From: an uncultured Chloroflexia bacterium
GTDB taxonomy: Bacteria > Chloroflexota > Anaerolineae > Anaerolineales > Anaerolineaceae
Direction: 5' to 3'
NCBI GenBank assembly: GCA_963704755.1
Contig: OY969938.1
Span: forward strand, 4,080,001 to 4,112,000
DNA: 32,000 nt
In this document: in pieces, positions 25,695 through 32,000 of the stretch
Layout: each line of letters opens with the position of its first letter
Position numbering within the stretch: the stretch's first letter is position 1
The notes under the pieces: generated by a model
What the model was told of the DNA's origin: nothing
What the model saw: the letters and a program-made list of their open reading frames with translations, nothing else
The model's database searches: none
Program-made: the position numbers and the translations under genes

Positions 25695-26658
25695 TGCGGA
25701 CTTATTGGCTCAAATCAAGGAACGCCTTGCAGCAGCCCAGAAGGTGCTCATTTCCACTCACGTGCGTCCCGATGGCGACGCGGTTGGCTCGATTCTCGGG
25801 CTCGGCCGGGCGTTAGCCCTGGCCGGGAAAACGGTCGGCATGGTCATGGCCGACCCGGTGCCAGGCAGTTTCCACCACCTGGCCGGTTTTAAGGATATAA
25901 AACAAAAGGCCAAGGGTGAATTCGATACCTACATCGTCGTCGATGCCGCTGATATCCAACGGATCGGTGGCGTATTTGGTGACCGGCAGCCAGATTTGCA
26001 ATTTGACCATCACATCACTAACCCGGGTTATGCTAAAATAAACTATGTAGATCCCGAGGCTGTAGCTACTGCCGCGTTACTGGCTGATGTTCTTGAACCG
26101 CTCGGTTTTACGATCGACAAGACTGCGGCCTGCGCATTATTGACCGGCATTATTACCGATACCATTGGTTTCCGCACTTCAAATATGACTCCACAGGCGC
26201 TAAGGTCTGCCGCCACGTTGATGGAAAAAGGCGCAGACTTGCCGGAACTTTACTACCAGGGACTGGTCCAAAGGTCATTTTCGGCTGCCCGATACTGGGG
26301 TACAGGGTTATCCTCTCTTCAGAAGAAAGATCGCATCATATGGGCAACCCTTACGCAGGCAGATCGTACCCTGGTCGGGTATAATGGCAATGATGATGCT
26401 GACCTGACCAATATGCTTTCGTCGATAACCGAAAGCGATATTGCTGTACTTTTTATCGAGCAAAAACAAGGACAGGTGAAAGTAAGCTGGCGAGCCCAGC
26501 CCGGTTTGGATATTTCGAAAATCGCGGTCGAGTTTGGCGGTGGTGGACATCCGGCTGCCGCCGGCGCAGATTTAGCGGGTTCACTTGAAGAAGTGCAAAC
26601 GCGGGTACTGGCTGCTACGGAGGCATATTTAAAAACGAATGGCTCTGAAACAAATTGA
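25678..26658 (+). CDS. nrnA: DHH/DHHA1 phosphoesterase (NrnA-type nanoRNase / pAp phosphatase)
   Basis: Start taken at ATG 25678 (MTARND..), overlapping the rbfA end by 17 nt. HVRPDGDAVGS, VVDAAD, FDHHITN, GGGGHPAAAG. Confidence 0.85.
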   Translation: MTARNDADLLAQIKERLAAAQKVLISTHVRPDGDAVGSILGLGRALALAGKTVGMVMADPVPGSFHHLAGFKDIKQKAKGEFDTYIVVDAADIQRIGGVFGDRQPDLQFDHHITNPGYAKINYVDPEAVATAALLADVLEPLGFTIDKTAACALLTGIITDTIGFRTSNMTPQALRSAATLMEKGADLPELYYQGLVQRSFSAARYWGTGLSSLQKKDRIIWATLTQADRTLVGYNGNDDADLTNMLSSITESDIAVLFIEQKQGQVKVSWRAQPGLDISKIAVEFGGGGHPAAAGADLAGSLEEVQTRVLAATEAYLKTNGSETN

Positions 26659-26709
26659 TCAATATCTAAACCATCGAGGGGAGATTTTTAGGCAAGGGGA
26701 TTATCACCG

Positions 26710-27615
26710 ATGAATAGCAATATTGACGTAAACAATGCCATTTCTGGCGTGCTGGTGGTGGATAAACCCGTTGGGCTCACTTCTCACGATGTGGTCCAGG
26801 TCATCCGCCGGGGGACGAATATTCGGCGTGCAGGCCATACCGGTACGTTGGATCCGCGGGCTTCAGGCGTGCTGGTGGTCCTGGTTGGTCCGGCTGTTCG
26901 TTTAAGTGAATACGTGTCGGCGTCGGATAAACGTTACCAGGCTGTGATCCAATTGGGGACAACCACCGACACCTACGACGCCGATGGTAAAATTCTGACT
27001 TCCCAGCCGGTAAATATCACCGAGCAGCAATTCGAGAACGCCTTACAGCAATTTATTGGTGAGATCGAGCAAGTACCTCCCCCCTATTCTGCCGTAAAGG
27101 TTCAGGGCCGTAAGGCTTACGAAATGGCCCGTGAGGGCGAAGTGGTTGATCTTTTACCGCGCAAAATTACCGTGTACAGCCTGGAGCTATTGGAATGGGC
27201 TCCCCCGGAGGCCGTCATCGACGTCTATTGTTCCTCGGGAACCTATATCCGCTCGCTGGCCAATGACCTGGGCAAGATGCTCGGCTGTGGCGCCCACCTG
27301 GTGGGTCTGCGACGTACCAAGAGCGGGCGGTTTACCTTGCGGGACGCCGTACCCCTGCGCAAACTGCGCGAAACCTTCGAGGATGGCTCCTGGTATCAGT
27401 TCTTGATCCCGGCGGCCGAAGCACTTTCGGACTGGCCCTCGATTGAATTGAGCGATGAACAGGTCGATTCGATCCGCCATGGCCACCGGATCCCGGCTGA
27501 ACCGGGAGTGGGCAAGTTGGCCAGAGGGATCAGTGACCAGGGAGAGCTGGTCGCCCTGCTCGAATTCAATCCGGCATCCAACGAATGGCAACCCAAAAAG
27601 GTCTTTTTCTCCTAA
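26710..27615 (+). CDS. truB: tRNA pseudouridine-55 synthase
   Basis: GVLVVDKPVGLTSHDVV, GHTGTLDPRASGVL (catalytic Asp), YSAVKVQGRKAYE, and a PUA-like C-terminus. Confidence 0.95.
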   Translation: MNSNIDVNNAISGVLVVDKPVGLTSHDVVQVIRRGTNIRRAGHTGTLDPRASGVLVVLVGPAVRLSEYVSASDKRYQAVIQLGTTTDTYDADGKILTSQPVNITEQQFENALQQFIGEIEQVPPPYSAVKVQGRKAYEMAREGEVVDLLPRKITVYSLELLEWAPPEAVIDVYCSSGTYIRSLANDLGKMLGCGAHLVGLRRTKSGRFTLRDAVPLRKLRETFEDGSWYQFLIPAAEALSDWPSIELSDEQVDSIRHGHRIPAEPGVGKLARGISDQGELVALLEFNPASNEWQPKKVFFS

Positions 27616-27640
27616 ATTCGCTTGCGGGTAGAAAATACGC

Positions 27641-27687
27641 AAAAAGGGTGTGCGTGCGGGCGTACGCCCATACACATACCCTTTTTT
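27641..27687. terminator. Terminator-like hairpin between truB and ribF
   Basis: A5, then a 17-bp stem 27646-27662 / 27665-27681 (13 Watson-Crick pairs, 2 G-T, 2 C-A), then T6. Confidence 0.55.
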
Positions 27688-27764
27688 AAACTTCGTTACG
27701 GAAATAGGGAATTTAACACAAATTATCCGGATAACCCATTTATTTAGAACGGGATTGTTCGCCC

Positions 27765-28694
27765 ATGCAGCATTTTTCTTCAATTGAAAACGTCCATTTG
27801 AATGGTACCTGGCTGTCGATTGGTGTATTCGATGGAGTCCATCGCGGGCACCAGACTATTTTGAAACAATTAGCCGTAGGCGCGCAGAAAGCCAACTGTA
27901 CCAGCACCGTAGTCACCTTCTTTCCCAACCCGGGTGTTGTGCTGGGGAAAATCGCAAAAGCTTATTATTTAACTGCCCCTGAACAGCGGGCAGAATTAAT
28001 CGGCGAGCAAGGGGTAGAAAACGTGATTACCGTGGAGTTTACCCGCGATTTATCCGCCCTTTCTGCCCAGGAGTTTATGCATTTGCTAAATCGGCACCTG
28101 GGGCTGCGCCATTTGATCGTAGGCGAGGACTTTGCCCTGGGCCACGGCCGTGAAGGAAACACAACCCGCCTGGCCGAAATCGGCAAGGAGATGGGCTACG
28201 ACCTGACCGTAATCTCGGCGGTTATCGAGAACGGTGAACGCATCTCTTCGACCAAGATCCGCAACCTGATCCAGGAAGGCCAGGTGAGGCAAGCCGCGGA
28301 AATGCTCGGGCGCTATTACAGCACGGCCGGTTCGGTCGATCATGGCGATGGACGGGGTAAGTCGTTGGGCTTCCCTACGGCTAACCTGAATTTTTGGAAA
28401 GAACAACTCCTGCCTCCTGCCGGAGTCTATGCCACCTGGGCCTGGTCCGGAAACGAGCGGTTTGCCTCTGTTTCGAACCTGGGCGTGCGGCCTACGTTCG
28501 ACCAACCCAATCCGCAGCCGCATTTGGAAGCGCACCTGCTCGATTTCGATCGTGACCTGTATGGAAAAACGGTCAGGCTGGAATTTGTCGAACGCATCCG
28601 CCCCGAAGTAAAATTTTCTTCAGTGGATGAGCTGGTTGCGCAGGTAAACCACGATAAAGGTACTGCCAGAGAGATACTCGGCCATGACGCCTGA
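27765..28694 (+). CDS. ribF: Bifunctional riboflavin kinase / FAD synthetase
   Basis: GVFDGVHRGHQ, ..FFPNP.., GEDFALGH, GRGKSLGFPTANL, and E..L.DFD.DLYG in the kinase domain. Confidence 0.95.
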   Translation: MQHFSSIENVHLNGTWLSIGVFDGVHRGHQTILKQLAVGAQKANCTSTVVTFFPNPGVVLGKIAKAYYLTAPEQRAELIGEQGVENVITVEFTRDLSALSAQEFMHLLNRHLGLRHLIVGEDFALGHGREGNTTRLAEIGKEMGYDLTVISAVIENGERISSTKIRNLIQEGQVRQAAEMLGRYYSTAGSVDHGDGRGKSLGFPTANLNFWKEQLLPPAGVYATWAWSGNERFASVSNLGVRPTFDQPNPQPHLEAHLLDFDRDLYGKTVRLEFVERIRPEVKFSSVDELVAQVNHDKGTAREILGHDA

Positions 28695-30111
28695 GCGGCA
28701 GGTCTATTTGCTCGACCCGAAACATCTTTCGCCGGAAACGATTGCGGTTACCTTTGCCAAGACCTCCCGCTCACCGGAGAGTTTCCGCGAGATCGCGGCC
28801 GGTTTGACCGATGAAAAGAGCGCAGAATTCCACGAGAAATGGGTGGTCGGGTACGGGCACGCATCGGTGGCCGAGCACGCGGTGCTGCATATTGCCGTAG
28901 AGAACCTGTCACGGTTGGCGGTCGAGACGCTCGAATCCTGCCGCCTGGCATCGTACACCGAAAAATCGACCCGCTATCAAAAATGGACGACTGAAGATTT
29001 CTTCCTGCCCGCCGAATTAGCCGGGCATCCCTTGCGCCAGGAATATATCGATACGGTCAGCCTGCTGTTCCGCAGTTATCAAGAGGCCCTTCCGGCCGTG
29101 CGGAGGGTGATCGAAAAAGCCTATCCGCAAAAAGCTGAGGAGAGCAGTTCTGCCTGGGAGCGGCGCATCCGCTCGCGCTACGTGGATATTTGCCGCTACT
29201 ATCTGCCGGCCGCTTCGTTGGCCAATGTAGGGATGACCATCAATGCGCGTGCCCTGGAGCATTCGATCTCCAAAATGCTCTCCCACCCCCTGGCGGAGGT
29301 GCGCGGGCTAGGCGCCGAACTGAAGCTGGTTGGCCAGGCTTGCGTACCCACCTTGATCAAATACGCGGAGCGGGTTCCTTACCTGGCTCAGGCCCGAGAG
29401 GCCTTGCAGTCGCTGGCAGTCGAACAGGCTGCCCTCCCTATTCAGGATGGCGAATTTTGCCGGCTGGTCTCTTTCGACGCCGACATCGAGGAACGGATTT
29501 TGGCGGCTGCCTATTACAGCCAGGCCGCTATCAGTTATCGCCAGGCCTGGGAGGAAATCCGGGCTTTGGGACCGTCAGCGCGCGAAGCCCTGGCGCAGGC
29601 GCTCTTTACCGGCCTGGGTAAATACGATATTCCCATGCGTGAATTAGAATATGGCAATTTCGTTTTCGATGTGGTTCTGGACCAGGGCGGCTATTTCGAG
29701 CTCAAACGCCACCGTATGATGACCCAGACCCCGCAGATGCTAACTACTCGCCTGGGATATGCCCTGCCGGGCGGGCTGGTCGCGGCAGGGCTGGAAGAGC
29801 ACTTCCGCGCAGCCATGCAAACCGCCGCGAACACTTACGAGCACCTGGCCGCCTGGGATCCGATTGTGGCGGCTTACGTCGTGCCGAATGCGTACAACCG
29901 CAGGGTGCTGTTACAGTTCAATTTGCGATCGGCCGATCACCTGCTCAGTTTGCGCAGTGCACCGAATGCACATTTCGCCCTACGCCGGGTCGTTCAATGC
30001 ATGGGGGAACAGATCCGGGCGGTATTGCCCACCCTGGGCGCATTTATCCGCACCAACCCGGACGAGACCTGGCAGAAGATCGAGCAAGAAAACTTCGCCC
30101 AGGTCAAATAA
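28684..30111 (+). CDS. thyX: Tandem-domain ThyX-like (Thy1 family, FAD-dependent thymidylate synthase-like) protein
   Basis: 475 aa with two ThyX-like halves. The N-half has HASVAEHAVLHI..SCRLASYTEKSTRY plus INARALEH. The C-half has FVFDVV..ELKRHRMMTQ plus FNLRSADHLLSLRS. The ATG overlaps the ribF end by 11 nt. Confidence 0.7.
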   Translation: MTPERQVYLLDPKHLSPETIAVTFAKTSRSPESFREIAAGLTDEKSAEFHEKWVVGYGHASVAEHAVLHIAVENLSRLAVETLESCRLASYTEKSTRYQKWTTEDFFLPAELAGHPLRQEYIDTVSLLFRSYQEALPAVRRVIEKAYPQKAEESSSAWERRIRSRYVDICRYYLPAASLANVGMTINARALEHSISKMLSHPLAEVRGLGAELKLVGQACVPTLIKYAERVPYLAQAREALQSLAVEQAALPIQDGEFCRLVSFDADIEERILAAAYYSQAAISYRQAWEEIRALGPSAREALAQALFTGLGKYDIPMRELEYGNFVFDVVLDQGGYFELKRHRMMTQTPQMLTTRLGYALPGGLVAAGLEEHFRAAMQTAANTYEHLAAWDPIVAAYVVPNAYNRRVLLQFNLRSADHLLSLRSAPNAHFALRRVVQCMGEQIRAVLPTLGAFIRTNPDETWQKIEQENFAQVK

Positions 30112-30120
30112 AAAGGATGT

Positions 30121-30170
30121 GTTACTACTCCGGTTAGTTCGGAAATTCGGGGTGTTAGTCGAGTAGTTAC
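30121..30170. mobile_element. MITE-like element, internally deleted copy i (50 bp)
   Basis: GTTACTACTCCGG..TTCGGAAATTCGGGGTGTTA / GTCGAGTAGTTAC. Both termini are kept, together with the left spacer and the first 8 nt of the central stem. Flanking 8-mers AAGGATGT (30113-30120) and AAAGATGT (30171-30178) match 7/8. Confidence 0.8.
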
Positions 30171-30180
30171 AAAGATGTTT

Positions 30181-30234
30181 AAATTATGATCCCGTGCGGT
30201 GAAACCCACGGGATCATAATTTAATATTTTTTTT
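30181..30234. terminator. Bidirectional terminator between convergent thyX-like and thioredoxin-like genes
   Basis: Perfect 16-bp stem AAATTATGATCCCGTG (30181-30196) / CACGGGATCATAATTT (30207-30222), followed by AATATTTTTTTT on the plus strand. Confidence 0.75.
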
Positions 30235-30844
30235 AGCCGGCTATTTCCGGCAGGCCCAATAACGCGGCGACTTCACAGACCGTCTCGGATTGCAACCCCT
30301 GGTTATAAGCAGTTTCCATATCCTTGAGCATTAGATCGGTCACGTCCTGGAGCATGGCGCGTTTTTCCTCGGATGTGAGGTCGGCTCGTTTGCGGGTGAT
30401 CTCGATTTCCGGGTGGTTGGATTTCCAGTTGGCCATCCATTCGTGCGCCGCAAAAGGCCGTTCGATCCAGGAGCCGATCAATTTGAAATCCCCTTCCATG
30501 AAAGCGGCTACCGGGATGCTGTGAATATCCTGGCTGGTGAAGTATTCACGGATGCGCAGCCACTGCCGGCGGATGTAGATACGCAACTCCATCCTGGGTG
30601 AGGCCTCGGCAATGCGGGCCAGGATGGGCAGGTTCATCAAACAATCGGTGCACCATTCCTCGGTCAACACGGCCATGTAAATCTGGCGGTCAAGGGACTT
30701 GAATTGGTCTTGCTCGGCTTTGGTCAGGTGGACCTGGTCGTAACGCCGCCGCATAGCCTGCTTGTGGGTATCCATGGTCTCGATAAAGTCAGATAGGGTC
30801 AATCCATAATCCCATACATTGCGGTCGATTGGGAAACCTGCCAA
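30233..30844 (-). CDS. Thioredoxin-fold family protein (CxxC)
   Basis: Redox motif EEWCTDCLMNLP. The ORF is open to TTG 30880, but I prefer TTG 30844, which lies 5 nt after GGAGGA (30850-30855). Confidence 0.7.
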   Translation of the reverse strand: MAGFPIDRNVWDYGLTLSDFIETMDTHKQAMRRRYDQVHLTKAEQDQFKSLDRQIYMAVLTEEWCTDCLMNLPILARIAEASPRMELRIYIRRQWLRIREYFTSQDIHSIPVAAFMEGDFKLIGSWIERPFAAHEWMANWKSNHPEIEITRKRADLTSEEKRAMLQDVTDLMLKDMETAYNQGLQSETVCEVAALLGLPEIAG

Positions 30845-31130
30845 AGCAATCCTCCAATATTTTTGTTTCGTTCGGGGCAATGCAACCCCGGCATAGCCGA
30901 TCGTGCTGTTTTTATTTCCCCGGCTTATAGTTAATTTTAACTCACATTTCGTATTATTCCAGCCGGAAAATCGAGGCTGTACCGGCGGCCGGCTGGTGGC
31001 TTTATGGCCTCTTTAAGACCTGCGCTGTGCCAGGAGATTGGCTGGCGGATCGGTACTTTCCCTCCCGCCAGCCAAAACTGATTTAAAGATACCCCCTGTT
31101 GGGACCTCTTTCGTGGCCCCTGGCAAGCGA

Positions 31131-31763
31131 TCAACTGCCGTAGGCTTCGTCGTAGTCGGCCATGGCCGCTTCAACCACTTTCATCGCGCGGGATGCGTCA
31201 TAGACTGCTTCGATAAAGGTCTGGTTTTCTTTGCCGGGCACTAACTTATAGGTGCCAAAGTAATGGCGCAGGCGCTCGACCAAAACGCTGGGCAAGTCGC
31301 TGACGTCATTGGCATTTTCCCAGAACTTATCGTTGGCCAGAACGGCAATGATCTTGTCATCCGCATCGCCGTTGTCGATCATCAACAGGCCACCGACAAC
31401 CCGGGCGTTCAAAATGATCTCGGATTTGGTGATGGGCCGTTCACTGATGACACAAATATCGAGCGGATCACCGTCACCACGGCCGGCCGTGGGAGACAAA
31501 TCACCAACGCGTTTGCCGCAATATGTGCGTGGAATAAACCCGTAGAGCGTAGGAGGTTGCGAAGAGCTGCGCTGTGGGCGGTCCACTTTCAGGTAACCGG
31601 TCGTCTTTTCAACTTCGTACTTGACCAGATCGAACGGTGTAATTTCGATGTAGGCAGTGACGACTTGGGGTGGGTTTGGGCCAACTTCAAGCCCGTGCCA
31701 CGGGTGTGGTCGCCAGCGATAAAAAGGATTGGGAAAAGTCAAATTAGTCACCTCAAAATACAT
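31131..31763 (-). CDS. ppa: Inorganic pyrophosphatase (family I)
   Basis: ..YIEITP....KYEV.., [32 protein letters not shown]. Confidence 0.9.
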   Translation of the reverse strand: MYFEVTNLTFPNPFYRWRPHPWHGLEVGPNPPQVVTAYIEITPFDLVKYEVEKTTGYLKVDRPQRSSSQPPTLYGFIPRTYCGKRVGDLSPTAGRGDGDPLDICVISERPITKSEIILNARVVGGLLMIDNGDADDKIIAVLANDKFWENANDVSDLPSVLVERLRHYFGTYKLVPGKENQTFIEAVYDASRAMKVVEAAMADYDEAYGS

Positions 31764-31871
31764 TACAGGTTTAGTCTAATTATATCCTATACCATCGTTA
31801 TCACCTGGGATAAATATTGATTTCTGGTAATCACCCAGGCACAGGGTTCTTCTGGCCGGTCGTTAATGAGA

Positions 31872-31900
31872 TTGACATAGAAATTACACAAATTTCTAAT
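31872..31900 (+). promoter_or_regulatory. Candidate sigma-70 promoter facing the right window edge
   Basis: TTGACA (31872-31877), 17-nt spacer, TCTAAT (31895-31900). The spacer contains the inverted repeat AGAAATT-acac-AATTTCT. No downstream gene is visible in the window. Confidence 0.25.
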
Positions 31901-32000
31901 TCGATCTGAATTGAATCTAAACAAGTCTGGCCTATATTATCACTGTGGTTTTCCCCTGGGCCGACATAGCAAATATTCCTTTTTGATTTCGGGGCAGCCT

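Noticed and set aside
27723-27734. The perfect 12-bp palindrome TTATCCGGATAA upstream of ribF, with a similar TTATTCCGGATAA at about 929-941, as a shared operator
   Set aside because: About 32000/4^6, roughly 8, perfect 12-bp palindromes are expected by chance in a window this size. A shared 10-mer between two sites is also expected by chance. There is no supporting context.
4697-30170. Whether the recurring hairpin repeats could be a CRISPR array or a set of dispersed CRISPR repeats
   Set aside because: The copies are kilobases apart and separated by ordinary genes. They are about 110 bp long and are themselves long palindromes. Each has its own 8-bp flanking duplication. There is no regular repeat-spacer periodicity and no cas genes.
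4697-30170. REP/REPIN elements mobilised by a RAYT (HUH) transposase, suggested because the arms contain GTAG/CTAC next to a hairpin
   Set aside because: IS200/IS605-type single-strand transposition leaves no target duplication, whereas six copies here have clear 8-bp duplications. The ssDNA-hairpin idea is kept only as a possible explanation for the conserved palindrome.
31040-31073. The 9-bp inverted repeat GGCTGGCGG / CCGCCAGCC downstream of ppa as its terminator
   Set aside because: On the minus strand the T-run precedes the hairpin rather than following it, so the orientation does not fit an intrinsic terminator for ppa. It is left uncalled.

Overview
This 32-kb window looks chromosomal and comes from a moderately GC-rich bacterium. 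It carries about 28 protein-coding genes, and I see no rRNA, tRNA or CRISPR array. Gene order, left to right: (1) a 5'-truncated LCP-family gene; (2) an ECF sigma / anti-sigma pair followed by two extra DUF4367-like modules in shifted reading frames; (3) a PIG-L deacetylase, an ABC1/UbiB-type kinase and an MFS exporter; (4) a visibly AT-rich island of about 3 kb with a WYL regulator, an alpha/beta hydrolase and a VOC protein; (5) a GH5 hydrolase and a DksA-type zinc finger fused to a PP2C phosphatase; (6) an F420-related cluster (F420-dependent NADP oxidoreductase, Ldh2-family dehydrogenase, cofD, cofC); (7) a GH13 alpha-glucosidase; (8) the conserved nusA-ylxR-infB-rbfA-nrnA-truB-ribF block, followed by a tandem-domain ThyX-like gene; (9) a thioredoxin-like protein and inorganic pyrophosphatase. 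The most unusual signal is non-coding. A family of about 110-bp nested-palindrome elements is present as 7 clear copies plus 1 degenerate copy. The elements have conserved GTWAC..CTCAG termini and exact 8-bp target-site duplications, so they behave like a MITE. They sit almost exclusively at gene 3' ends. Their long central hairpin differs between copies yet stays almost perfectly self-complementary within each copy. No transposase is present in the window. A Chloroflexota-like origin, guessed from the F420 genes and operon layout, is inference only.
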